Below are positions 27,901 to 40,567 of a stretch of 64,000 nt of DNA, in pieces; positions within the stretch are counted from its first letter, which is position 1; each line of letters starts with the position of its first letter. Below the pieces are notes generated by a model that saw nothing but the letters and a program-made list of their open reading frames with translations, was not told the DNA's origin and ran no database searches. Made by a program: the position numbers and the translations under genes. The stretch covers positions 7,254,001 through 7,318,000 of the forward strand of contig CM102283.1 in the NCBI GenBank assembly GCA_046563655.1, read 5' to 3'. The DNA is from Yuukianura sp. NJ FZ-2021. Its lineage: Eukaryota.

Positions 27901-30900
27901 CCTGACAGTTTTTGAAATGTCGTGAACGAAACACCTTTATGATGGCCGTTTATGGTGTAAAGTATTGGAAGAGGTGAACGTTTCGTCACATTTGTGTCAT
28001 TGTTCTGGCGTGATGAGGGTGTGGGAATTGTGTTTTGTCGCATTTGGACTGCGTAGGCGTGAGGTGATGCTTATGCTTAATTACAGCTTTATCATTTCAA
28101 ACTTCAAAAAGATTCTTAGCTTAACGTGGGAACTGGAAATAAAAGTTACACAAAATTATGATTTTTGTTGCATGGGCACAACAGTTCAAAAAAAAAGTCA
28201 CAAGAGAACTGAAATAATTGACAATTTAAAAAGAAATTTTTAAAATTAGGCACAATTCATACGCGCTTTAATTTCAGGTTAAAAGTTCGAATGTGACAGT
28301 ACAAAAAATCAGAATTTGACAGTATTAATTTTTAAATTGAAAATTTACATTCCCTTAATACAATTCGAGTTTGACCTACAATTTACCTTGTATAAACTAA
28401 TCAAAAAACCTAACTTTTGACTAACTTTGAACCTAAACATTAGCTTATTTGAGTAGGTTGAAGATGTGGAGGAGTTCGATTTTAAAATTTAGACTTGGAC
28501 GAGGGCGGTGCCTTACAGGAAGGTGTGTGTGTGGCTTGGGGTGACAAAGTGGGACGAAACTTTTTGAATGTGACGCTCTGTAGTAGAATGTCTCCGTGTA
28601 TAGGGTGACATGACAGGTAAACTGTTTCGTTACGCTCTTTCGATTCAAATCTTCCCTCCTTTTTTCAAGTTGTACTAAAAATGGGATGTCATTTTGATTT
28701 TTTTTATTCTGTCATCCAATAAATTTTGAAATAAAACTCCGCCTTTTGGAGCAGTCTTTTTGTGTTTTTAGTCTTGTTCTGGACACTCCGTGTGTCTCCC
28801 TTTGATGACACTTGGACACGCAAAGAACGAAGGGCCAGAAGGAGCCTTTCCCATATTGACAGGAGGACAAATTGACCTGGGACATGCAAACGGACATGGT
28901 TTGATAGGGATGCTTCCTACGATTCTGCTCCAACCTCCGATTTCTCACTTTATGTCTTTCCTCTTACGTTAATCGAAAAACCTACCCTAACGTTTACCAG
29001 ATTTTAATACACTTTGGAACAAGTTTTAGCTTCATTTTTCAAAAATTTCTAACCTTCGAGAAAAAAATTGGCCCGAAATCTGTAACTTTCTCCGAAAATC
29101 AACGTTTTGGAGAAAGTGTAACAAAAATTTATTGAAAACAGAACGCATACTAAAATTATTTCTTTTCTTTTTGTAGTTCTACGAAAATTTTAGCTCAAAC
29201 TTTTTTGCTTTGTTGTGCTGGAAATTATGCAACGTTCGAATGAATTTCGCACTTTTCTATCAAAAGCTTCCATTTTCTTGAAATGTTGTTGTTGTTTGAT
29301 ATTTTTGTGTTATGCAAGAAATGAAATGCTTGCGTCTTTTACGACGTCAAATCCGCTTCGTTATATTATTTGTAAGTTGAGGTTTTAAAATGGTCAAATC
29401 CTGTTTCTCACACATGTCCAGTGATTTACAATGATTACGTTGTGAACTTTTCAACTTTTTAAATTTTTTTTTAATCCAAATGACTTTTCTGACGATCAAC
29501 ATTTCAAAAGTTGGTAAACAATTTTCTGGATGAAACTTTTTCCTTCTTGTCAAGCTCAGTTCTTTGCTAGTCGATAATGTCATCGTCACATTTAGTTTTT
29601 GCGACTTGTTTGACTTAAAACAAGCAACTTTAAAAAAAAGTTTGACTGAAATTGTTCTTGACCCATGAATTATCGTCGTTCAAGGAAAATCCAATTGTTG
29701 GCCAGACACAATCTGATGATTACATCAAGCAATTTGAGACAATTGGACTTTTTGGAAGAGAAGGACGACAGGTTTTTTTCGTTTTTTGGAGGCGTTTTTG
29801 CCACACTTCAAAATACGAGACTGTAATACTCTCTATGTTGTTAGGTATAATTAGGTGACCTCTGTTGGGTGGACAGGACAAGAATATGACACGTGGAACT
29901 GCACAAAAAAGTCAAAGTTTTTGTCAAAGGTCAACTTTTTTGGTCAAAAGAAACAATTTTTGAAAGTTCTTGGTCACTTTTTTGCATTTAGAAAACCTTT
30001 GATGATCTGCGTCCTTGATAGTTTTTAGATACTAAAAAGCCACAAATGTGTTAAAGTTATGGAAAAACTTGTCAAATGTGAATCAGAATTGTAAGTTATG
30101 AGTTTTATTTTCTGAGGTCATTTGGGGGTCATTATGGTTGGTTAAAGTAGTTTACCTTTGATGTTTCCTGTGCACTTTGGGAATTGATTCTTATGGAGAA
30201 TAGTTTTCGTATGAGACTTGGAAATTGCAATTTGTTGTAAAAAATATAACAATTGAAAAATCCTAATTGTAGCAAAAGCCATTTGGTCCTGGGAATATTT
30301 CTGATTTGTGCGCAACTTCTTACAAGGTTTGTGTTTTTTGCAACTTTTTACTAAATGCGCCGTCACCGACAGACTTTTTATATAAAAAAAATTATCAAAG
30401 TGGAATGGAAGATGATTTACCTGTTTCTGTTTCAATTTTCAAAAAAAAAATGGTGATACGTGAAGTTTTATGTGGCGGAACTTTGACAGGACCAAAGGAA
30501 ATTGTGTTTTTTTTTTAAGTTTTTTTTTTTTTCAAAATTTTGAATTTTTTTTGTTAGGTCAGAAGGTTAGTGCTTGGGTAATGGTTGGGACACAGAGGAT
30601 TTAGAGAAAATTGTCAATGGGCAATTTTGGGTCGTGGTGTATAATGACACTTTGAGATGTTCGTAGGTTCAAGTACAGTCATTTTCTGGTATGATTACAT
30701 TCATCACCATTTGTGTCCTGAGGAGTGACAAAACTGGATTTTGTATGCTACACTGTAATTTCAAAAAGTTTTTTTTTGAAAAGTTAGTCATCTTCTCAGT
30801 TTTTCAGTCTGTGGTCACATTATTGACATAAACCAGGGACATATGCAGCCAAAGAATGTCGGTTTCAGCATTTTCTAATCCCAGTTGACCTCATTTCAAA

Positions 30901-33900
30901 TTTTACCGCCAAAATGTCAAATATGGTCACGTGCGTGCTATATGCTGTGACAACTCAGTTATGCTGAAATTTTATGCTTCCATTTTCAAAATTGGAACAA
31001 GCAAGAGAATTTAGGTTATATTTTTGATTTGAAAAAAAAATTGATTTGTGATGCAAAACCTTTGTGGTGAATCATACGCTTCAAACGAAGAAAAAATTTT
31101 TGAAGGAAATGATTTTTGACTTCTAATTTTGGATTTTGAATATTCGGTGCTAATTTTGATTTTTTTTTGAAATTTTAGTACTCGAACGACTAGTGAGAAA
31201 CGAAGAGACGCTTTCCATCATCGACGTCTGCAGTCTAGCTCTCTACGGTACAGAAGCCATTCCCATCCGACTGAAAATACTCATTGTAAGTTTTCCAATT
31301 TTCTAAAATGTAAATTTGAAATTTTGAAAAAGAGGCTTTTGTTAGCGTATTATGTGTTGATGTAATGACATCGAGACAATGAACTCTTCGCACTTCCAAA
31401 ACCGCCATGTCACTTTCCCACACGTCTCCTTTGGACACACGTCTCTTTTGTCTTTTCCTAAAATTTTCTGCTGTTGTCTTTAATGGTTTTGGTGGCATTT
31501 CCTGATCTGCGTGTCTTCCGCACATTCCCGCTTCCTTCCAGAAATGATCTCAATTTCCGTCGTCATGTTCTTCCCTCAGTGGACCACTTTGGGCGTGTGG
31601 GAAATGGTCAATGTGCATCAGACTGAAAATGTTTCAGGAAAAAACGACACACAATGAACATGATTTTTCGATTCTTTCATGATATTTTCTTGTTCTTTTC
31701 AGGAAAGACTTCTGTCCACTTTACCGTCAGATGAAATTGACAAGATCCTCAAATCCTTTGGTTGGACACCACTCGACTTGGCCAGAGGATACATGATCCA
31801 AGTAAGAAAATGTTTAGCACTTGAATGTGTCCATCTCCAACAAAGAAAAACACACAAAAGTTGTCATTTTCTTAGAAAACATGATTTGATGGTGTCCATT
31901 GTACCACAAAAGCTACTTTTTTGCCACTTTTCCGCTTCAGTTCAATCAAAATCGAATGTTTTCTTTTGAAAAGTGCCGCGCGTTGACTTTTGATTGTCAT
32001 TTTCCAGTGTTCTGAGTCTTGTCACAGTCATGTCAGCCAGTTAAACCGACTATTCGTGTTGAGATTGTGAAGATTGTGATTAACCTAACTTTTGTAGATG
32101 GAGGGTTAAGCTTAAGAACATAATGACTCTGCGATGATGATGATCTTGTAGTGCATTTTCATTTCATTCCATGGTTGCATGTAAAAGTTCCTTTTTTGGG
32201 GGATGAAGAAGCACTTGATGATGACAGTCTGATTAGGGTGACACACGAAAGCTGAGCAGAAGAAGCGAAAAAGCACACGCAATCGTTTTGTTACGTCGAG
32301 ACCAGAAAATTAGGTGCTAACATTAAACTGTCACTTTCAAAAACTGGAAGTGAGAGATATGCTGATTACTAGAACCAAAAATGGAGTGTACGAGGTGTTA
32401 CAATGGATGTCAGTGACATTTGACACGATACCTGGTACGGACTGGCAGTCTGCACCAAGCGGCCAGATTTGACCAAAAAATGATTTCTTCCATTTCATAA
32501 AGCATTTCATTTTTTCAAAATTTTTAGAAACAAAAAAGTAAAGGCTTTCGCATAAATCAAAAAACTTCTACATTCCATGCGCCGGACTAAATTTTGTCTT
32601 ATATTCAGAAAATTTGTTAAATTCTTTAAAAAAATAAACAGGTTAAACTTTTCGGGCAATGGAAAAAATTTTAACGTGACTTCTTATGTCAGCTGAAATT
32701 CCCGAAGTTCTCCTGTTCCATATTAAACTATTTTTTGAATGTTCAAAAATTGATGTTATTATTTTTAATAATTTCTTGCTTTTATATATGATTTGTCCAT
32801 TTAACAAAACAAAAAATTTCAAGCTCTTCAGGACAAGGAAAACGTTAAACGGTTTATCTGATGAATATGAAAATTTTAACGTTGCGGTGCTCCGGAGTAA
32901 ATTTTGCTTTAAAATTACAAAAAAATGTAATTGCACAAAAAAATAACTAAACTTTTCGGCCGATTGAGAAATTTTTGAGGGTGACACTTTATGTTCTTTG
33001 GCTCAATACTTCAGTTGTATTTTTCTACCGTAGTCTTTTTGTAACCAACTACGCTAACAAAATTTTTGTTTTGGTTTTTTTAAAATAATTTTTTTAAACT
33101 TTTTTTTTTAGAACAGCGACGGACTGCCACTGAGTCGTTGGTCCATTTTGCCCAGAGAAGAGGAACCTTTAATTTTAGAACAATTTCATCGATTTCGCGC
33201 TACTCACTCCCTCACTATCGCTTTGTTGAAGAAGGACGTTGGGGGTGGGGGTGGATGGGGGGATGAGGGGGATGAAGAGGGAAGAAGTCACAGTCCAGCA
33301 GAAGACATGGACAACCTAGTTCTCAATCTATCTTCAGTAGGAGCCCCTTCGTCCTTGACCTCCGAGTCAGCAGAAGAGAGTGACGAAGACGAAGGGCTCA
33401 CGGCCGTTGACCTCAGTTCCAAGTCTGACAGATCTCGTGACTCCCGAAGTACTACCAGGGGGACTCAGAATGACCTTGACCTCAACAGGAAGTCGTCTTT
33501 AAGTCCCCCCTCTGTTCGAATGAAACCAAATTGGAGCCTACCGACCGCTCCCGTCGTCAGTACTTTACCAAACGGTAAGATTTTTTTAAAGACTATTTGT
33601 GCGAACTTGTCTGTCTGTCCGTCTGTCTATTGGTGATAATTTTTTTCTGGAGGTTGGACATTTCTGAAATTAATTGCTTTCAAAATGCCTCCGGCGCAGG
33701 ATTGTGTCCAAGCTCGTGCCATACTCTAACCCTCTAATTTTTGTAATTGTTTAGGAAAGAGGCGTGTGGAATGTTCAGTTTGCCTCAAGACGTTCTGTGA
33801 CAAAGGGGCTCTCAAGATCCATTTCAGTGCCGTTCATCTACGAGAGATGCATCAGTGTACAGTGTCAGGATGCAGCATGATGTTCAGCTCTCGGCGATCT

Positions 33901-34903
33901 CGCAATCGACACTCGGCTAATCCCAATCCCAAACTACACTCACCCCATACGAGACGAAAAATTAGTCCACATGATGGCAGGACATCGCAACCCCTGATTA
34001 CGTTCCCCCCGGGGTCATGCTATCCGCCGTTCGTTGGAATCATGGATGACCATGACCCTGACCCAGCGGAAATGTCAGGGTCAGAATCAGGTCAGAAAGA
34101 TGTCAGTCCTAGGCCAAGCTTATCTCCACCGTCAGTTGTGTCCGATGAAACGACAATTTTAAGAGGTGGAGCTAGAAAAAGAAAACTGGCCAACCCCATG
34201 CGAGTATCAAATTCGGCTGACCATGGTCCTGGAAGTGACCATTACCCGAGTGACCTCGTCAGACGACAACCCCAAGGTCACAAGTTCAACTTACCACTTT
34301 CTCCCTCCCGATCTGAATCAAATCCTAGTTCACCCAGTAAGTGAAAAATTCTCTTTTGGAATTTGTTTTTGTGAGAATATTGAAAATTGACGTTTGATCT
34401 AAATTTGGACTTGTTTTAAAATTTAGCCGAAGGTTCCAATCCCCTCCAATGCCTTGCCACCAAAGTCTTCAACTTTAACAATCACTTTCAAAATTTACAC
34501 CTCAATGTAAGTTGGCATCGACGAGTTGAAAAAGTTGACTACCATTGAAACGTCGAATTTTGAATTTTCGAACCTATTTTGACTTTTTGATCCAATTCTG
34601 ACGTTTTGAACCAATTTTGACCTTTGACCTTTTTGAACTTCAGGGTCTACCAGAACATTGGTCCGAGTCTGTCTTCACTCCGCGTCCTCGGCTCGACTTT
34701 TTATTTGAAACGAAGTCACTGCCCATCGTCCCTCCGCTTTTTGATGAAGATGGTCAAAGGGCATCAGTATAAGTTACTAATTTTAGGTAAATTTTTAAAA
34801 TTTCTGGCTATTTTTTGAAACTAAATTTCAAAATTTTGATTCGATTTTTACTTTTTTGCAGATTCTTCAACTCCATAGCTGCGTTTTAGCTCCACTTTCT
34901 TAA
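18925..34903 (+). CDS. BNC2: Basonuclin / disconnected (disco)-family C2H2 zinc-finger transcription factor. Exons: 18925-18933, 25890-25992, 31179-31285, 31703-31801, 33112-33574, 33755-34336, then probably 34427-34506, 34644-34766, 34862-34903
   Basis: Basonuclin N-terminal domain ([11 protein letters not shown]...[35 protein letters not shown]...[34 protein letters not shown]) and disco-type finger pair [53 protein letters not shown]; phases are consistent. The first exon and last three exons are less certain. Confidence 0.9.
21131..21368. promoter_or_regulatory. Four reverse CCAAT boxes (TGATTGG) in two pairs within a basonuclin intron
   Basis: TGATTGG at 21131, 21161, 21328 and 21362, with shared (c/a)gat(t/c)t-like flanks. 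Confidence 0.35.
23380..23687 (-). mobile_element. tRNA-derived Pol III element (SINE-like head or tRNA pseudogene) in a basonuclin intron
   Basis: Minus strand: A box TGGCTGCTTGG (23676-23666), B box GGTTCGAGTCC (23620-23610), acceptor-like stem CTGAAG/CTTCAG, then a GC-rich body and an A/C-rich tail near 23380-23405. Confidence 0.5.
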
Positions 34904-37861
34904 CAATGAATCTCACCAAGAGGCAGCCACTTTTAGAAACATTTTGAGCACTTGTAAAACAAAATAGTGTAAAAGCTCATTCAACTATTTAGTAGCTAAA
35001 TTAAATTGTGGAAACTTTAGTATTAAAAGATTTCCTACCTCATGTGTGCGCATAGTTTGTCTCAACAATAAATCATTCGCCTTAAAAAACATTTAAAAAA
35101 AAAATTTTTTTTGAAAAGGACGCTAGACTTTTTTTTGTTGTTTCTGAGAACAAGGGGTGACCAACTTTTTTTCTGGTTCATTTTTTCCTTCTCCCGTGTG
35201 CAGAAGATGTTCATCTTGTAATAGGAAATTCCAGAGAAGAAACAATAAATCTTGACGGATAGTGGGATCCTCCCCTTGTAATTACAATTAGGAGAAAACG
35301 TAAAGGTATAATGGACTCCCTTATTTCCTGGACTAAACCCTGACTTATAGCAGTTGATGAGGTTTGAGGCGGTGGGACACAGGGTGGGACCGTGGTGACT
35401 CCATGTGGCGTCCTCGTCTTATCCCTTGTCAACTTCTTGAGGTACAAGTCCTTTTGTAGAAGTGAAGAGGAAACACCGACTTTGGAAAAGAATCGAATTG
35501 TCCATTGTCTGTCATTAACTAAACTTTTGAAATTTCCCACCTTGCCTATTCGTACCTTCCCTCCATTGTCATCCAAAACTTTTGGAGTAAATCAAATCCA
35601 TTGTCATATTTACACTCTACCTTTACAGCTAACGTCAACCAATCTGTGATTCTTCATCTTCACCGACCTCTGAACACGGCTCTGATTTTCCTTTGTTTCG
35701 AAAAGCTTAGACTAACTTAGTGTTTTCAATTTTGAAATTATTCAAAGTCACCCGCGGTGAAATTTCTTTTTTCCAATGTCGTCAAAATAACAAATTGTTT
35801 TTTATGTCTTACACAATGTATGGCACATTATGTTAAAGGCGTTTATTAGAAGTTTTACGTTATAATTTTTTAAAATTTTGAAAATTTTAAATTTTTCGAA
35901 TCATTTGTATCTACATCAAAGTCGTTGGGTCAACTTTGTTTTTCGTTTCAAAATTTTTTGAGCATCGTTTCCCTGTGTCTGTTTAAAAAAAACTTTTAAA
36001 AGTCAACCACCCACGCCGCTACAGAACTGCTGAGTAGCTTTGTGAAATGAAAAAGAAAAAGTGAAAGTAAAGTGAGCTTTTGACTTTTCAGTTTAATTGA
36101 AAGTCGGCATTGGGCCTACTTTTGGTTTGGAAAAAAAGTTTTTGCAAAAAGAGAGAAAAGAGAAAGTGGCCTTTGATGATTTTTTTTTGTCCAGATGAAG
36201 CTAATTACTTGGGGTATAAACTTAAGGGCATAGGCGGATCACCTAAATGGCCTTTTTCGGTTCCCGCCCGCGCTTTTTCTCTCTCATTCTAAACCTGTGT
36301 GTTCTACAAACTCCAAACTACCCGGGTAACATTTATTTGTGAATGGAGAAATGTTTAAAGGCTTTTAGTGAAATTGGACTTCCGCTTCCTCACCGTCTCC
36401 GCCTTTTCCAAATCTCTGTCCATCCCCTTACATAACAAACCTACAAAAAACGTCTTTTGCATCATCATCATTCCACTCAAAGTTAAAAAAGATCGTACGT
36501 ATTTTAAAGTAGAAAGATATACGCAGTTTAATCATCTTTCCAAACTCTCTTCAAATCTAAAACGAAGCCAAAATTTCTCCTAGATTTCCGAAGACGTTGA
36601 ATTTCAAAGATTATTTGAGTTTCTTGTATTTTTTTTCTTATTTTTGTATACTAAAACGAACTAGTAGGAAGAACGTGTCTTGTTCTGAACATGTTCTAAA
36701 AAACGTTTTCAGGGGAAACCGAAAACGTCTAATTAGAAACTTTCTTTATCTGCTCTGCTCCAGTAGCCCTGCTTTCTTTGATCTTCTCCTTCCAGTGCCA
36801 GTATCCCTGTCCAAAGTTCCAAATCAAAGGAGGCTGATGGTGTTTAATTGATTTTTGGAGAAGGAAAACAATCTTTTGGCAATTAGTTACTGAAGAAGCT
36901 CCTCTTCTGACCACTTTTGACCAAAAAAGTTAGTATTGGAGTGGCCTGACCTTAGGAAAGTAGTAGGATCAAAAGCCTCTCTGATTTTTGGAGGTTGTTG
37001 GACTTTCACCTCACGTCCACTTTCTCTCGCTCCCTGCCTTTTTCCTAGCCCTGTCAAACGGATGCTTAATCTTTATTTATGGATACCAATCTTACACTTC
37101 CATTTCTTCCGAAATGGATAACAAACGAAAATCAGCCACACACTTATTATTGGCAAAAAAAATCGAAAATTGGACTCGTTTTTCAGAAATACAGTAAAAA
37201 TATTGCTTTCACCCGTATAGATTCTGCAAGAAATGCATCGGATACAAGAGAAAACCAACACGATTCTACACTTCTGTAACTGTTTTGTTTCTCGCGTTTC
37301 GTCACATTTTGCAAACATAGCTGTAGAATTCCAAAAATGTTAACTTGAGCGTTGTAGCCTAAACTTGCGATTATTTTTGAAAAGTAGTTTGAAAATTTGT
37401 GTATTTGTGCGTTTATGACTGAAGTGCGGTTAGGTTAGTAGCGAGAGTGACTGTTTAAAGTGATTTTGTGGAAATGAATTTGGCGGTTGAGTGAGTTTCG
37501 GTGGTTGAATTGGGGCTGAATGGACTTTTTTGGGTTTTGGGCTCATTACCTCCAGTGTCCTGTCCATCCCCAACTTCCAAAGCACTTTCACTAGGCGGAA
37601 GTAGGGAAAGTCCAGCACCCTACTGCTTTTGTGTCCAGTCTGATTTATGGGATTTGGAACAACGCAGAAGACTCCAGGATGACATCTGATCAAGATCATC
37701 CAGACAAACAGGACAGCATCAGTCACAAGGAAAACTGAAGCGATGACCAGCATCTTGACTTTCATCCACTTCGACTGTTAACATTACATCTCTATTGCAT
37801 TTTTTTCAAAAAAAAAAAAATTCTAATTTGATTTGACTCTACTACTAAACTTCAAAGCCAT

Positions 37862-38072
37862 CTAAACTCCAATTTTTAAAAACTAAAATTTTGAACACAA
37901 TTTTGGAAAGTTAATCGTTCCCTTAGTTCCTTTGCCGAAGGGGGAATTTGTCGGAAGAAAGCTTTTGATTTTTTATCTCGAAAAATTATCATTGTTTTTG
38001 AATTTGGTTTGATGCTACTATACTAACGTTCAAATCCGCCTAAACTTTAATTTTAAAAACTAAAATTTTGAA
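37862..38072. repeat. Short dispersed direct repeat (~33 bp, two copies)
   Basis: ctaaactccaatttttaaaaactaaaattttgaa at 37862 versus ctaaactttaattttaaaaactaaaattttgaa at 38040. Confidence 0.55.
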
Positions 38073-39680
38073 GCTAAACTTGAAAGGTTTATCCAACGGA
38101 AAGTTAGAAAGTATTTGAAAAAAAAAATTTTTTTTTCAATCTTTTTTAGAGATTTTGATCGGACACTTGTAAGGTGAAAGTGGAGACAAGTGTCACGCTG
38201 TCACCCTAGTCGGTGGTAGCCTTCCAGGAACAAGTGAATCTCTGTAACTCTGTCAACAAGTCCTTTGAAAAGTGTCCGTGGTGTCCCCTTATCTTAAGGC
38301 TTAAGTCCCCAGGACAAATTGAGGCATAGGCCATAGCCTATTGTGCGTTTCCTATTCAAAAGGTCCCTCGGCGTCCAAGCAGAGGACAAAGGAGTCCTTG
38401 GATGAGCGAGAAATGGAGTCTCCTCAGGGTGTCCTTCACGCACTTACCAAGTACCCTGCTGAGGTACAGTCTCCTGCCAAAGTCACAAGAATAAGGGTCC
38501 AAGGATCCAGCAGATCCAGGGATTAATCGTCCAGAATTACCCGACGAATCATAAATTAGGAAACTGGGTTGGCCCGATGTCTGTGTAACTAAAAATAAGT
38601 TCCATCTTGGCTAAGGGGGAGGGGGCCCTTAGGAGAATAAATCTGAGCAGAGTCTTTTGTTCCTTGACATGACATCAGTGGAGTCCACTGGAATTTCTGG
38701 AAGGTGGACAACACAGGGAACGCGTGGGACGAGTCATAGGGACCCCAAGGGGCTCAAGTCCACATTTTAATCATGCCAGACACTGCCCATGTCTAGATGG
38801 AATTCCACAAGTCACTTTTTTTGAAATCCCGCGCGTGTGCCCTTCCGTCATGCCCAGCATCACATGACTTATAGTTGAAATGCACATTGACATGCAGCAT
38901 TTTTTTTAAATTCAAAGCGTTTTTGAAAAGGTTTGAATTTAAAAATATTTTTTGTCAATGTTTTAAACACAGCGAATCAAAATTGTTTGATGAAAAATCA
39001 AAAATCAACGCCTATTTTGAAAGGCTTGAGCTGTTCAAAAAAGTTTGTAGATTTAAAAAACGTGTATAGTTTTTTGTTTAGTCAAAAATGGCTATTTGAA
39101 GGGGGACATGAAGGTTGATCATTAATTTCCTTCCAGCCTCTTCAATGGTGGTACTCTTCGTTCTGGAGGGACTTTAAGAATAAGGGCTCCATGTCAAGTG
39201 CATGTCAAGAGGCACCCTGCCTTCTTCCCATTACTTTTGGAAGAAACGGGACAAGGGTTCCAGGAGACTTCTTAAGGGCTCCTCACCTTCGTCTTCCATG
39301 GCAGAAGGGATCCACGGCTAGAAATCCAATTTTCAATGTGTCAACAGCCTCAACTAGCCACACAAATAATTATTATGAAGATGAGAAACGAGGATGAGGG
39401 AAGTTTCGGCTTCTTTTTCTTATTTTGAAAACTTCCTCCCCGCCCCTCCGAAATTTTTAAATTTTGAGTCCCTTTTTTGGAAAAGTTTTTGTTTACGATT
39501 ATGGTCCACCGTTTCTCAAAATAACGACGACGCCGTGACCAATGTCAAGGTTGAAAAAAGGAGTTAAAGGTGAACATTTTATTAAAACTTTGAAAATTTA
39601 TTGTTAGGATGAAACTTAATGTTAATAAGTTTTAATAAATGTATAATAATTTTAATTTAGTTTAATTAGTTTCTATTAAC

Positions 39681-40567
39681 TTATGATACAAGGACTCGTC
39701 GATACTGTCGACCGAGGTCCTCCAATTCAACTTTCGTAAAATTTAATTTCCGCTCCTTGTCGTTCTCCATTCTTTGAATTTCGTTTTTGAAATTTTGAAT
39801 TTCCCGCTCAAGTTCGGTTCTCCGCCGATCCAATTCATCGCGCTTCCGATCCAACTGTTTCCTTTTGTGTTCTTGTGCTGATTCAGCATTTCCAAAGCTA
39901 CTTGAAATTTTATCGTACTCCGTTTTCAAAAACACCGCTTGAATTTCGATTTGGTTTGACCTTCGATCCAAGTCGTTTTGAATTGCTCCCCGGTACAGTT
40001 TCATGTCTTTTCGGAATCGATGTTCCATTCGTTCCAGTTCCCGCCGTTTACAATCAATTTGAAACTGGATTCGGTCAAGGTCATGGCGTTGGGTGGTAGA
40101 ATATGCTTCAAAACCTAAGCTATTGATTGCCATATCAGAACTATACGGTGGAGGTGGATCTTCATCTTTTGCTTCCGGAACATTGACGCTGATGACTGAA
40201 ACGTTGATTCTTTGTTCCGGTGCCGCTCGACACTGTGTTCGGTTTGATTCGGCTCGACTTTGATACGGAACAGACGGCAGAGCTTGCTCTGGATCCTCAA
40301 CGCTTCGCTTGTTCAGGTAAACAAACAAAGCAAGCACAACTAAAATCAAGAAGATGACAACGCCGCATCCGATGGCTGCGTACAGAGTAGTTTCATCGTC
40401 ACCACTGTAAGAAAATTAAAAAAAAAATTATTGTTTAAATTTTTTTTTTCAAATCTCGAGTTGTAAATAGTTAAAGCATTTTCATTTTTCAGTTACCCGT
40501 TGGCTGTGCACGGAGATATGACCCATAAAAGTAAAAAATGTGACAGAAGTAATTCATAGTTTTCCAT
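39681..40567 (-). CDS. Uncharacterised type I membrane protein, about 264 aa: signal peptide, tiny ectodomain, TM helix, PPPPY motif, long cytoplasmic coiled coil. Exons: 40567-40497, 40404-39681
   Basis: MENYELLLSHFLLLWVISPCTANG splices in phase 2 onto GDDETTLYAAIGCGVVIFLILVVLALFVYLNKR; DPPPPYS; E/R/K/Q-rich heptad C-terminus. Confidence 0.8.

Noticed and set aside
13400-33100. Dozens of 60-170 aa ORFs rich in F, K, I and L
   Set aside because: They are translations of AT-rich intergenic and intron sequence, often with non-ATG starts and no motifs; only the listed basonuclin exons are supported
34618-34630. Perfect DR1 TGACCTtTGACCT
   Set aside because: A single occurrence within a polypyrimidine tract, which may be chance
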